Positions 19,834-29,081 of a DNA stretch of 64,000 nt are shown one piece after another (within the stretch, counting starts at the first letter, position 1; every line of letters begins with the position of its first letter). The notes below the pieces were generated by a model. That model was not told the DNA's origin, ran no database searches, and saw only the letters and a list, made by a program, of their open reading frames with translations. The position numbers were made by a program, and so were the translations under genes. The stretch is from contig OY969696.1 in the NCBI GenBank assembly GCA_963702005.1, positions 3,328,001-3,392,000 of the forward strand, read 5' to 3'. Source of the stretch: Candidatus Aminicenantes bacterium (GTDB lineage Bacteria; Acidobacteriota; Aminicenantia; Aminicenantales; JAFGBC01).

Positions 19834-20862
19834 CTAATAACCCAAAGGGGAGCAAGATCGGGCCGGGATCTTCGGATCGATGCCCTCGGAATAGGGAATT
19901 TGAGCGGGTTTCTGCCAGAACAATCCCTCATCGTTGATGTAAACGATCTTATTTCCTCTTTTGGTTGTTTCGGGTTCTTGCAGAAGCTCCTCGCGATACC
20001 CGTCGGGGATCAATTCGAAATACACCTTGTTCGCTTTCGATTGTTGGTCGAACAGGCTGTCCTGCGGACATCGAATCTTGAAGATGAAATCCGATAGGAA
20101 CCAGATATAGTCCGCTCCCTCGATGAAGTTCCTCAAATTCGCCCAGGCTTTCGCGAAGCGACTTCTGCCGGTGTCCACGGCCTTCACCGCCAAATGTTCG
20201 CCCGCTATCAGACGGCTTCGAATTTCCGCTATCCCCAGAATGTTTCCCTTTTCATCCGTCACATAGACACCGAAATCCGGGTCCATGAGAATCCATTTCC
20301 CAAGCGTGCGCGAGTAAACCGACGTGATGAAATGGCTTTCATCCTCCTCGTTCGAATGGGGCAAGAGGTGCGTCTGGCGGGACGAGAATCCCATGGCGAG
20401 GAAAACCTCGTTCAGGATGACCGTCTTCATGTAACAATTGATCAGCATGTGTTCGACTTTCGCCAAACGGATTAAATTGAACGCGTTCAACTCCTTCGGG
20501 ATTTCGGGTTCATTCGCATGCCCGGTCAGTTGATACACCCAATTCGTCAGGTTGATGATACGATCTATTTCGGAACCCTGGCCGCCGACCGTTTCCAGAT
20601 CGTACCTGTCCCGCAGTTTTCCGAGATTGCCATCCGTTGGAGCGGCGTAATGGAAATTCACGTCGACGGGATAGCCCGGCCGCTTGGCCGAGAAGGCAGG
20701 GTGCTTTTTCAAGAGGCCCGCCCATTGCCTTCCCATAGATACATTTTGGCTGCGATTGTGAGCCAACGGGATAACCGCCAGCGCGGCCCCAATCGCCGCG
20801 GCCGCAACCGCCGCGGCAGTGATAATGGCTTTGATCCTTTTGGTTTTCAGATGCGTTCGAAT
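19834..20862 (-). CDS. Transglutaminase-like domain protein; start codon uncertain
   Basis: INCYMK...H(FITSVY)...WILMDP Cys-His-Asp pattern. The frame extends upstream of the track's TTG through KTKRIKAIITAAAVAAAAIGAALAVIP to in-frame CTG 20850 and ATT 20862. GC appears lower than in the flanks. Confidence 0.7.
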   Translation of the reverse strand: MRTHLKTKRIKAIITAAAVAAAAIGAALAVIPLAHNRSQNVSMGRQWAGLLKKHPAFSAKRPGYPVDVNFHYAAPTDGNLGKLRDRYDLETVGGQGSEIDRIINLTNWVYQLTGHANEPEIPKELNAFNLIRLAKVEHMLINCYMKTVILNEVFLAMGFSSRQTHLLPHSNEEDESHFITSVYSRTLGKWILMDPDFGVYVTDEKGNILGIAEIRSRLIAGEHLAVKAVDTGRSRFAKAWANLRNFIEGADYIWFLSDFIFKIRCPQDSLFDQQSKANKVYFELIPDGYREELLQEPETTKRGNKIVYINDEGLFWQKPAQIPYSEGIDPKIPARSCSPLGY

Positions 20863-20896
20863 TTCGCCTCACCCTCCCGGCTTCGGGTCCATGGAG

Positions 20897-20926
20897 TAAG
20901 ACGAGACCAGAAAGGAAAACGTTGAC
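20897..20926 (-). promoter_or_regulatory. Putative ECF promoter GTCAAC-N17-CGTCTTA
   Basis: Same motif and spacing as upstream of both ECF sigma genes. Confidence 0.6.
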
Positions 20927-20959
20927 AACCGGCGCCGCGCCGGGCAGGCGCTCTTTCGG

Positions 20960-23164
20960 TCAGCGGTCGCTGACGACGACCCGGTTCCGGCCCGCGCGTT
21001 TGGCCGTGAGCAAAGCCTCGTCCGCGGCCTGAAGGACGAGGCCGCCCGTCCGGCCGTGCTCGGGGAACATGGCGACGCCCAAGGAGAGCGTCACCGGCCC
21101 GAGCGTCTGAGCGGAGAAGGGGACTTGAAGCAGCTCGGCCTGCTTCACGAGCAGTTCGGCCCGGGAGACGACGATCGAGAGAGCGGCGCCGGGCATGATC
21201 AGGGTGAACTCCTCGCCCCCGTAGCGGCAGGCGATGTCCTCTCGGCGAACCTGATCCTGGAGAAACTTGGCGATGGCCTTGAGCATGACGTCCCCCGCCT
21301 CGTGGCCGTAGTTGTCATTGAAACTCTTGAAGTGGTCGATGTCGATCATGATGACGCCGAGCGGCAGCTGGGCCCGCGTGGCCCGGAACATCTCGCGCTC
21401 GAGGGTCTCCTCCATGTAGCGCCGGTTGAACAGGTCTGTCAGGGGATCCCGGATGGACTGCTGGACGAGCTTCTCGCTCAGGCGGAGGTTGCTGAGACCG
21501 AGCAAGATCCGCTCCCTGAAGTTCGCCGCGAGCTGGACCTTGAGTCTCCGGGCCAAATCGGCCTTCGAAACGGGCGCGGCCGTCATATCCTCCATATAGA
21601 GGAGTCCCATCATCTGGCCGCCCGAGATAAGGGGTTCGCAAATGTAGCCGGAGGGCGTCCGGCCGGCCTGCTCGACGTGCCGACAGGGAAGTTGGGATGA
21701 AGGGTCATCCATGACATAGGCTTTCCCCCGGCGCAGGCCCCAACAATCGTCCTCCACGATGAAGTCCTGCGCCGGAGCCGCCTCGCCCCAGCGGGCGACC
21801 GTCTCGAGCATGTTCCGGGACGCCTTGAAGATATAGAGAGCGCCGCTGGTCTTGGGAAACAGCTTCTGGGCGAACTGGACGGTGTACTTGTAGATTTCGT
21901 CTTCTTGTTTGCAGCTCTGGAAGGCGTCGTATAACTCGCTGAGGAGCGTCATTTCCGTCGTCCGCGCCTCCAGCTCCTTGACGCTCAGCTTGAGCCGTTC
22001 GTTGGCCTCCCGGGTGGAGGCTTCCATCCGCTTCCGCTCGCTGATGTCGGTGAAGACGCCCAAGCTTCCGGCGAAGGCCCCGGCCCGATTGAAGCGCGGA
22101 ATGGCCGAGAGAAGGAGCGTGCGGCGCTTCCCGTCGGCCGACGTGATATCAAGCTCATAATTCGTCTTCTGGCCTTGTTGGCGGGCCTTGGTCTGCTCCC
22201 GCATCAGCGCGAACTGGTCGGCCGTGGTGAACTCCTCCAGGCCGCGGCCGGCCAGCCGGCCCTCGGACAGCCCGAAAATCTCGTGGGCGGCCGCGTTGGC
22301 GAACACGAATTTCTCGTCGGGCCCTACGATCCCAACGCCCTCTCCCAGAGATTCGACCATGCTCCGGAACAGCTCCTCGCTATCGCGGAGGGCGTCGGCG
22401 ACCGTTTTCATTTCCCGGGTTCGCTCCTCGACCCTCTGCTCGAGGGTCCGGCGGGCCGTTTCGAGGCGGTCGACCATGGTGTTGAAGGACCTGGCCAGCT
22501 CGCGCGATTCGTCCCGGGAGGAGATGTCGGCCCGCCGGGTCAGGTCTCCGGCGGCGATCTGGCCGGCGGTCTGGGCCATACGGCGAAGGGGTCGCGTGAT
22601 GACGGTGCTGATCAGGAAGACGGCGGCGAGCCCGATGACGAAGAAAGCCAATCCGACCAGGGTCAATGTCCTCTTGAGGTCCGCGACGAAATCGTAGATC
22701 TTCTTCATGGAAAAGCCAAGGTGGAGATCGCCCATTCTTTTAGCGTTGTAGACGATCGGGACTCGGACGCCGTAATCCAGCCCGTCGGGCGAAATCGCGG
22801 CCCGTTCGATTTCCAGGTAGCGGGCCCGGAGGGCGGCCTCCAAGCCGTAGGAGGCCGACGGCCGATTCGAGCCGTCCGTGATGACCAGGTAGTCCAGGTC
22901 GGGGTTCTTCCGGACGCTGGAGATGACTTCGTCGATCGTCGGCCGGTCGTTGAGGTAGGCGGCCGGGGCCAGGCTGTAAGCCGTCATCTCCGCGATGCTG
23001 ATCGACTTGTCCTCGATGTCGCGTATGGCCTGCATCCGGACATAGCGCGGGCCGATCAGGACGATCAGCAGGCTGAAAGCCAGGACGAGGGGCATCAGGA
23101 CGAGAATGAGCTTGATGTTGATCCGGCGGGGGACGATGAATGAAAGCGCGGATATGACTCTCAT
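20960..23164 (-). CDS. Membrane diguanylate cyclase (periplasmic sensor-HAMP-PAS-GAF-GGDEF)
   Basis: Two TM segments, HAMP (ITRPLRRM...DESRELARSFNTM), PAS and GAF domains, DPLTDLFNRR, DIDHFKSFNDNYGH, and RYGGEEF with an RxxD I-site (RRED). Confidence 0.92.
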   Translation of the reverse strand: MRVISALSFIVPRRINIKLILVLMPLVLAFSLLIVLIGPRYVRMQAIRDIEDKSISIAEMTAYSLAPAAYLNDRPTIDEVISSVRKNPDLDYLVITDGSNRPSASYGLEAALRARYLEIERAAISPDGLDYGVRVPIVYNAKRMGDLHLGFSMKKIYDFVADLKRTLTLVGLAFFVIGLAAVFLISTVITRPLRRMAQTAGQIAAGDLTRRADISSRDESRELARSFNTMVDRLETARRTLEQRVEERTREMKTVADALRDSEELFRSMVESLGEGVGIVGPDEKFVFANAAAHEIFGLSEGRLAGRGLEEFTTADQFALMREQTKARQQGQKTNYELDITSADGKRRTLLLSAIPRFNRAGAFAGSLGVFTDISERKRMEASTREANERLKLSVKELEARTTEMTLLSELYDAFQSCKQEDEIYKYTVQFAQKLFPKTSGALYIFKASRNMLETVARWGEAAPAQDFIVEDDCWGLRRGKAYVMDDPSSQLPCRHVEQAGRTPSGYICEPLISGGQMMGLLYMEDMTAAPVSKADLARRLKVQLAANFRERILLGLSNLRLSEKLVQQSIRDPLTDLFNRRYMEETLEREMFRATRAQLPLGVIMIDIDHFKSFNDNYGHEAGDVMLKAIAKFLQDQVRREDIACRYGGEEFTLIMPGAALSIVVSRAELLVKQAELLQVPFSAQTLGPVTLSLGVAMFPEHGRTGGLVLQAADEALLTAKRAGRNRVVVSDR

Positions 23165-23734
23165 TTATTCCTCGACTAGGCGAACGAGCCTCAGCAGCTT
23201 TGAACTGAAGTCGGCCCCGGCCAGGCGGGCGCTGGCCAGGTTGACCAGAATCTCGGGCCTGTCCTCCTTGATATCGAACCCGACCGAGACCCCCGCGGCG
23301 ATGTACTCGGGGACGCCCGTGAAGCTCAGGACCCGTTTGGCGTTGCAAACGGGGATAATGGCCCTGACGTCGAACGCCCGGAGGGGCGCGATATAAAGGA
23401 TGTCGATCCCCTCGCGGCCGAAGATCTTGGCCAGGTCGTTCGGATCTCCGAGTTCGATGACGACGGCGCGGACCGGCAGGTCGTTCCAGGGCGACGCCCC
23501 CGAAGTCCGGATGGCGTCGAGGAGGGCGTCCTTGGCGACGATGGATTCGCGGACGGCCGTCTGGTAGGCGATCCCGATGACGATCTCGGTGCCGACCCGG
23601 CTCCGGAGATTGCGGTCGAAGGTCAGGACCTTGATCAGAAGGTCGTACTGGAGATCGGCCGGGATGGTCATCTCCTGGGCCCGGATGAGCGGCCCCAGGA
23701 GCAAAACAAAAATGAGAACGCGTAAGGGCCGCAT
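23165..23734 (-). CDS. yfiR: YfiR family (DUF4154) periplasmic regulator
   Basis: Signal peptide; C-terminal VNLASARLAGADFSSKLLRLVR YfiR signature; abuts the DGC gene. Confidence 0.8.
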   Translation of the reverse strand: MRPLRVLIFVLLLGPLIRAQEMTIPADLQYDLLIKVLTFDRNLRSRVGTEIVIGIAYQTAVRESIVAKDALLDAIRTSGASPWNDLPVRAVVIELGDPNDLAKIFGREGIDILYIAPLRAFDVRAIIPVCNAKRVLSFTGVPEYIAAGVSVGFDIKEDRPEILVNLASARLAGADFSSKLLRLVRLVEE

Positions 23735-23902
23735 CTTAGAAGAGGTTCTCCTCTTCCTGCCCGAGGGCCGGGACAGACGCCAGGATCCAAGTTCCAAGAC
23801 CAAAGACAAGGGGTGCCAGCGTCCAACGGCGAATCGGAATCACTCCTAATCTTTTAATGATAGCGAAAAAGGCCGGGTTAGACAAGCCGAGCGGAAGAGA
23901 AC

Positions 23903-23996
<94 letters not shown>

Positions 23997-24057
23997 GCGG
24001 CCTGAAAAGCGGTGCTATTTTAGCATGTTTCGGGCGGGAAGCAAACGCGCCGTTCTC

Positions 24058-24147
24058 TGGCGGAGGGAGAGGGATTCGAACCCCCGTTCCGGGAACCCGG
24101 AAAGCGGTTTTCAAGACCGCCGCCTTAAACCACTCGGCCATCCCTCC
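24058..24147 (-). tRNA. tRNA-Ser(TGA)
   Basis: GGAGGGA...TCCCTCCG-CCA acceptor stem, anticodon arm GCGGT-CTTGAAA-ACCGC, long variable arm and GTTCGAATC T-loop. Confidence 0.97.
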
Positions 24148-24210
24148 GCAGCGCTATTGTACTTGCCGGCCGGACCGGCCGCAAGCCCGAGGCCCATCCC
24201 CTATAACGGG

Positions 24211-25482
24211 CTAGGAAATCCGGTCCAGGCCGTCCATGTAGGGACGGAGCGCCTCGGGAACGACGACCGAGCCGTCGGACCTCTGGTAGTTCTCCAGGAT
24301 GGCGCTGACGGTCCTGCCCACGGCCAGCCCCGATCCGTTCAGGGTGTGAACGAACTCGGGTTTGGCCTTGGGTTCGCGCCGGAAGCGGATGTTGGCCCGC
24401 CGGGACTGGAAATCGCCGCAGTTCGAGCAGGAGGATATCTCCAGGTAGCCGTTCCGGGACGGCATCCAGACCTCCAGGTCGTAGGTCTTCATGCTCGCGA
24501 AGCCCATGTCGCCCGTGCAGAGGGCGACGACCCGGTAAGCCAAGCCGAGACGCCGCAGGACCTCCTCGGCGCTCGCCGTCAGCCATTCGAGCTCGTCGAA
24601 AGACGTCTCGGGAAGGCTGAAGATCATCATCTCGACCTTGTTGAACTGGTGCTGGCGGATTAAGCCGCGGATGTCCTTGCCATAGGACCCGGCCTCGCTC
24701 CGGAAGCAGGGCGTGTAGGCCGCCAGGCGCTTGGGCAAGACGGCTCCCTCGAGGATCTCGTCCCGGTGGTAATTCGTGAGAGGGACTTCGGCCGTCGGGA
24801 TGAGATACCAGGGGACGCCCTCGATCTTGAAGAGGTCCGCGGCGAACTTGGGAAGATTCCCCGTCCCGGTCAGGCTCTCGGCGTTGGCGATGAAGGGGGG
24901 GAGGATTTCCTTGAAGCCGCGCTCCCGGGTGTGGATGTCGAGCATGAAATTGATCAGGGCCCGCTCGAGGCGCGCCCCGGGTCCGAGGGAGACGGCGAAC
25001 CGGGAGCCGGCGATCTTGGCGGCCCGCTCGAAATCGAGGATCCCCAAATTCGCGCCGATGTCCCAGTGGGCGAGCGGGCTGAAATCGAAACGGGGGGGAT
25101 CACCGGAGCGCCGGACCTCGACGTTCCCGGAGGCGTCCTTGCCGATCGTGACGGAATCGTGGGGCGGGTTGGGTATGACGAGCAGAGTCAGCCGGATCTC
25201 GTCCTCGATGCGGCGGAGCTCGTCATCGAGGACCTTGATCTCATCCCCGACGCCCTTCATCTCGGCTATGATGGCCGAGGCGTCCTTCTTCTCCCGCTTG
25301 AGCCGGGCGACCTGTTCGGACGCCTGGTTCCTCTTCGCCCGGAGATCCTCGGCTTTGCGCAGGGTGTCCTTTTTAGCCTCGGACAGGCGGACGAATTCAT
25401 CAAGATTGATGGGGAGGCCGCGGGAAGCGGTCTTGCTCAGGATGAGGTCCTTGTTCTCCAGGACGAACTTGGGGTCCAGCAT
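24211..25482 (-). CDS. serS: Serine--tRNA ligase
   Basis: MLDPKFV start, N-terminal coiled coil, [43 protein letters not shown] and [12 protein letters not shown]. Confidence 0.98.
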   Translation of the reverse strand: MLDPKFVLENKDLILSKTASRGLPINLDEFVRLSEAKKDTLRKAEDLRAKRNQASEQVARLKREKKDASAIIAEMKGVGDEIKVLDDELRRIEDEIRLTLLVIPNPPHDSVTIGKDASGNVEVRRSGDPPRFDFSPLAHWDIGANLGILDFERAAKIAGSRFAVSLGPGARLERALINFMLDIHTRERGFKEILPPFIANAESLTGTGNLPKFAADLFKIEGVPWYLIPTAEVPLTNYHRDEILEGAVLPKRLAAYTPCFRSEAGSYGKDIRGLIRQHQFNKVEMMIFSLPETSFDELEWLTASAEEVLRRLGLAYRVVALCTGDMGFASMKTYDLEVWMPSRNGYLEISSCSNCGDFQSRRANIRFRREPKAKPEFVHTLNGSGLAVGRTVSAILENYQRSDGSVVVPEALRPYMDGLDRIS

Positions 25483-25488
25483 GCCCGA

Positions 25489-25497
25489 ATTATAACA
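25489..25497 (-). promoter_or_regulatory. Extended -10 (TGTTATAAT) 6 nt before the serS ATG
   Basis: The reverse complement reads TGT TATAAT tcgggc ATG, with no SD sequence. Confidence 0.65.
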
Positions 25498-25561
25498 TAA
25501 GAGGGCGACGCCTTTGGAGGGCCGCCTTGTCCCGCGCCGAAGAGCCCCCCCTCGCGCCGGG

Positions 25562-25590
25562 TTGACTCCCCCGGAAGCTTCCCATACAAT
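25562..25590 (+). promoter_or_regulatory. sigma70 promoter TTGACT-N17-TACAAT 6 nt before the cobO GTG
   Basis: Near-consensus hexamers and no SD sequence before the start codon. Confidence 0.7.
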
Positions 25591-25596
25591 TCCTTC

Positions 25597-26136
25597 GTGT
25601 CGCCTCGATCCGAATTCAAAGGGTACGTCCAAGTCTACACCGGCGACGGCAAGGGCAAGACGACGGCCGCGCTCGGCCTCGCCTTGCGCGCCGCCGGCCA
25701 CGGCTTGGGGACCTACATCGGCCAGTTCTTGAAAGGCCGGCCGACCGGCGAGACGAAGGCGGCCCGGCGTCTCTCCCCCCTTCTTACCATCGAGAGGTTC
25801 GGACGCCGGGGATTCGTCCGGCTCGACGGGGACCCCGACCGCGAGGACATCGACCGGGCCAGGCGCGGACTGGCCCGCTGCCTCAAGGCCATGCTCTCGG
25901 GCCGTTACCGGATCATCGTCCTCGACGAGGTCAACGTCGCCGTCGATCTGGGCCTCATCCCGGAGCGGGATGTCCTCGCCTTCCTCGATCGGAAACCGGC
26001 CGACGTGGAGGTCGTCCTGACCGGAAGGTTCGCGCCCCAGGCCGTCGTGCGCCGGGCCGACCTTGTGACCGATATGAAGGAACGCAGGCATTACTCAAAG
26101 AAAGGCGTCAGAGCCCGGACGGGTATCGAAAAATGA
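25597..26136 (+). CDS. cobO: Cob(I)alamin/corrinoid adenosyltransferase (CobO/BtuR type)
   Basis: [32 protein letters not shown] and ADLVTDM motifs. Confidence 0.93.
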   Translation: MSPRSEFKGYVQVYTGDGKGKTTAALGLALRAAGHGLGTYIGQFLKGRPTGETKAARRLSPLLTIERFGRRGFVRLDGDPDREDIDRARRGLARCLKAMLSGRYRIIVLDEVNVAVDLGLIPERDVLAFLDRKPADVEVVLTGRFAPQAVVRRADLVTDMKERRHYSKKGVRARTGIEK

Positions 26137-26155
26137 CGCGCGATTAGAAGCGCCC

Positions 26156-26533
26156 ATGGATAGAGGTAAATTCGAAAAGCTCGTCGAAGAAGCCATGGCT
26201 CGGGTCCCGGATAAATTCAAGAAATACATCGAAAACGTCACCGTCATCGTCGAGGCCCGGCCGGCGCAGCTGACTCTGCGGGAGATGAACGCCCCGCCCG
26301 GCCGAACCCTGCTCGGACTCTACCACGGCGTCCCCATGAAGCATCGCGGCCCTTATTACGGAAATCTGCCGCCCGACGTCATCGTCATCTACCAGGAGCC
26401 GATCGAGGAAATCTGCCGGACCGACGAGGAGATCAAGAAGAAGGTCCGCGAGGTCGTCCTCCACGAGATCGGCCATTTCTTCGGCATGAGCGACCGGGAG
26501 CTCAGGGAGATCGAAGGCGACGACGAATGGTAA
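26156..26533 (+). CDS. Zincin-like metallopeptidase (DUF1025/Zincin_1)
   Basis: LLGLYHGVP, PDVIVIYQEPI and VLHEIGHFFG motifs. Confidence 0.88.
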   Translation: MDRGKFEKLVEEAMARVPDKFKKYIENVTVIVEARPAQLTLREMNAPPGRTLLGLYHGVPMKHRGPYYGNLPPDVIVIYQEPIEEICRTDEEIKKKVREVVLHEIGHFFGMSDRELREIEGDDEW

Positions 26534-26563
26534 CGCAGCCGACCGGCCAGGAGGTCTTTTGAC

Positions 26564-27454
26564 ATGAAAACCCCGTTGTTCGGAATCTTCCCGGCGCTGA
26601 CGACGCCCTTCTCGGGCGACGCCGTCGCGCTCGACCGCTTCCGGGACAATATCCACAAGTACAACGAATACAGCCTGTCCGGCTTCGTCGTCCTGGGTTC
26701 GACCGGGGAGTGCGTCCTCCTCTCGGACGAGGAATCCGAACGCCTAGTCCGGACGGCCCGCGAGTCGGCCGCGGCCGGAACGAAGGTCATCGCCGGGACG
26801 GCCCGCGAATCGACCAAGCTCACGATCGAGTTCACCAATCGCTTGGCCGGGCTCGGGATCGATGCCGCCCTGGTCCGCCCGCCCGCCTATTACAAGTCCA
26901 AGATGGACCGCGAGGCGCTCCGACAGCACTACCTGACCGTGGCCGACCACAGCCGCGTCCCGGTCATCGTCTACAACATCCCCCAGAACACGGGGATCAC
27001 CCTCGAGACCGCTCTCGTCGTCGAGCTGGCCGCCCACCCCAACATCGTCGGCCTCAAGGAGAGCGGCGGCAACCTGGCCATGATCGCCGAGGTCCTCCTC
27101 ATGGTCAAGCCGGACTTCAGCTATCTGCTCGGCTCGGGGAACGTTTTTATCCCGGCCCTGGCGCTGGGCGCGAGCGGCGCGATCCTGGCCGTCGCCAACG
27201 CCGCGCCGGGCCTCTGCGCGGAAGCCTACACCCTTATTCTGGAGAAAAAGCTGGAGCAGGCCTTCGAGATCCAGAAGGCCCTCATCCCGCTCAACCGGGC
27301 CGTGACCGAGATCTACGGCATCGCCGGCCTGAAATATTGTCTCGACCTCCAAGGATTCCAGGGCGGGGCGTGCCGGATGCCGCTGGCCGACGTGCCCGAA
27401 AAAGGCAAGGCCGAGCTGCGCGGACTCCTCGAAAAGCTCGGCCTGCTGCGCTGA
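26564..27454 (+). CDS. Dihydrodipicolinate synthase-family class I aldolase (HOGA-like)
   Basis: GSTGE, VYNIPQNTG and HPNIVGLKES (Schiff-base Lys). Confidence 0.85.
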   Translation: MKTPLFGIFPALTTPFSGDAVALDRFRDNIHKYNEYSLSGFVVLGSTGECVLLSDEESERLVRTARESAAAGTKVIAGTARESTKLTIEFTNRLAGLGIDAALVRPPAYYKSKMDREALRQHYLTVADHSRVPVIVYNIPQNTGITLETALVVELAAHPNIVGLKESGGNLAMIAEVLLMVKPDFSYLLGSGNVFIPALALGASGAILAVANAAPGLCAEAYTLILEKKLEQAFEIQKALIPLNRAVTEIYGIAGLKYCLDLQGFQGGACRMPLADVPEKGKAELRGLLEKLGLLR

Positions 27455-27476
27455 GCGGGCGGCTCTCGGGACCTTT

Positions 27477-29045
27477 TTAGAACATGCCCCGGGGCGGCGC
27501 GTTCGGGTCGAAAAATTTCCTGGGCAGCTTCTCGTCCCGCATGGCCGCGTTGTAGACGAACGAGGCCATGATCGTCGCCGCCTGAATCAGGTCCCCTCTC
27601 GAAACATGGTCGTAAACGTCCATGTTGGAATGATGGGTAAGCGTGTCATATTCCAGGTCATCCTGGATGAACTGAAACCCCGGCAGGCCGACCCCGTCGA
27701 ATGACAGGTGGTCCGTGCCGCCCGTGTTGCGGAGCGTCACGGTCGCCGCCCCGAGATCGGCAAGAGGCTTCAGCCATTCTTCAAAAATGGGGGCCGCCGC
27801 GACGTTGCCTTGGGCGTAGATGCCGCGTATCTTCCCGCTGCCGTTGTCGAAGTTGAAATAAGCCGACAGCTTGTCGTATTCCGGCTTTTTCTCTTTTTTG
27901 GCCCGGTCGTAAAAATGATTTTTGACGTACTCCCGCGAGCCGAAGAGTCCCTGTTCCTCGGCGTCCCACATGGCCACCCGGATGGTGCGCCGGGGCTGGA
28001 CGCCCAGGGCCTTCAAAATCCGGACGGCTTCCATGGCTACGGCGCAGCCGGCGCCGTCGTCCGTGGCCCCGGTGCCGGCATGCCAGGTGTCGAAATGGCC
28101 GCCCAGCATGACAATCTCGCCCTTGAGCTTCTTATCGACGCCGGGGATCTCGGCGACGACGTTCGTGCCCTGCGGATCGTCGTCCAAGAAACGGGCCTGG
28201 ACCTCGATCTCGATCTCAACCGGAACTTTCAGTTTCAGGATGCGGACGATCCGGTTGTATTCTTCGACCGAGACAACGACCGAGGGCAGAGGCTCGCTGG
28301 CGCCCTTCATCTGGGACCCGCCGCCCTGGACGAAGACCGTCCCGTCCTTTCCCCGGCTGGGCTCGAGCAAGACGGCCGCCCCTTCATCCTTGCAGAACTT
28401 GGCCAGCGCCATCTGAAGTTGTTGACGGGCCATCATCTCCTGAATGGTGGGCGCGCCCGGCGGCAGGGCGCCCGGCTCGGGAGCGAGGACGAGCTTCCTC
28501 AACTCATCATCCGACTGCCGGGCGGCGGCCGGGTCGAACGAGATCGTGGGCGGCTGTTCCCCGCGGGTCAGGATGATGGCGTCCTTGACCTTGCCCTTGT
28601 ATTTTTCGAGTTCCTGGACCGTCTTGACGTCGACCAGGACGGGATTTCCCTTGACGACTCCGTTCGTGCCGGGAGTCCACGCCTTGGGATAGGCGATCAG
28701 GGGCATGTACTGGGGAGAGATCATCGCGCCGTAGAACTTCTGAAGCTCCCAGCCTCGGCCGAACGTCCCCCACGGTTCCATTTTGGCGTTTGCCAGGCCG
28801 AGCTCCGTGAGCTTGCCCACCACCCACACCTCGGCTTTGCGGTATTGGGGGGATTCCGAAAGGCGGGGGCCGTAGACATCGCTGAGATAGCTCAGGTAGT
28901 CCATGACCTTGGAATTCTCGAGACCCTCTTTACGGATGCGCTGGACCATTTGCAAATCCACCTTTTCCTGAGCGGCGATTTGAACCGTGACCATGAGAAC
29001 CAGGATGACGACGGCAAGCCAACGCCCTGCTGAATTCTTATTCAC
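27477..29045 (-). CDS. Secreted M28 family peptidase (carboxypeptidase Q-like)
   Basis: GGHFDTW, GATDDGAG, DAEEQGL, GTDHLSF and HHSNMD motifs; GTG start after AAGGAGG; signal peptide. Confidence 0.88.
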   Translation of the reverse strand: MNKNSAGRWLAVVILVLMVTVQIAAQEKVDLQMVQRIRKEGLENSKVMDYLSYLSDVYGPRLSESPQYRKAEVWVVGKLTELGLANAKMEPWGTFGRGWELQKFYGAMISPQYMPLIAYPKAWTPGTNGVVKGNPVLVDVKTVQELEKYKGKVKDAIILTRGEQPPTISFDPAAARQSDDELRKLVLAPEPGALPPGAPTIQEMMARQQLQMALAKFCKDEGAAVLLEPSRGKDGTVFVQGGGSQMKGASEPLPSVVVSVEEYNRIVRILKLKVPVEIEIEVQARFLDDDPQGTNVVAEIPGVDKKLKGEIVMLGGHFDTWHAGTGATDDGAGCAVAMEAVRILKALGVQPRRTIRVAMWDAEEQGLFGSREYVKNHFYDRAKKEKKPEYDKLSAYFNFDNGSGKIRGIYAQGNVAAAPIFEEWLKPLADLGAATVTLRNTGGTDHLSFDGVGLPGFQFIQDDLEYDTLTHHSNMDVYDHVSRGDLIQAATIMASFVYNAAMRDEKLPRKFFDPNAPPRGMF

Positions 29046-29081
29046 CGTTTCCTCCTTAATCATTTGGTATAGAGAGCCCCC

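Noticed and set aside
20869-20871. Genome-wide TGA recoding as an explanation for the in-frame TGA
   Set aside because: Many clear genes in the window (fprA, cobO, lacZ, the M14 peptidase, the racemase) terminate at TGA.
23810-23902. tRNA 3' end as an integration site for a prophage or island
   Set aside because: No integrase and no duplicated tRNA 3' end were seen in the window.
24058-24147. tRNA with a TGA anticodon as a possible selenocysteine or opal suppressor tRNA
   Set aside because: Anticodon 5'-TGA-3' reads UCA serine codons; tRNA-Sec would have a TCA anticodon. The acceptor stem is a normal 7 bp.
25483-26091. 200-aa N-terminal extension of SerS in the ORF track
   Set aside because: It is antisense to cobO. 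The canonical MLD start and a -10 element lie at 25482-25497.
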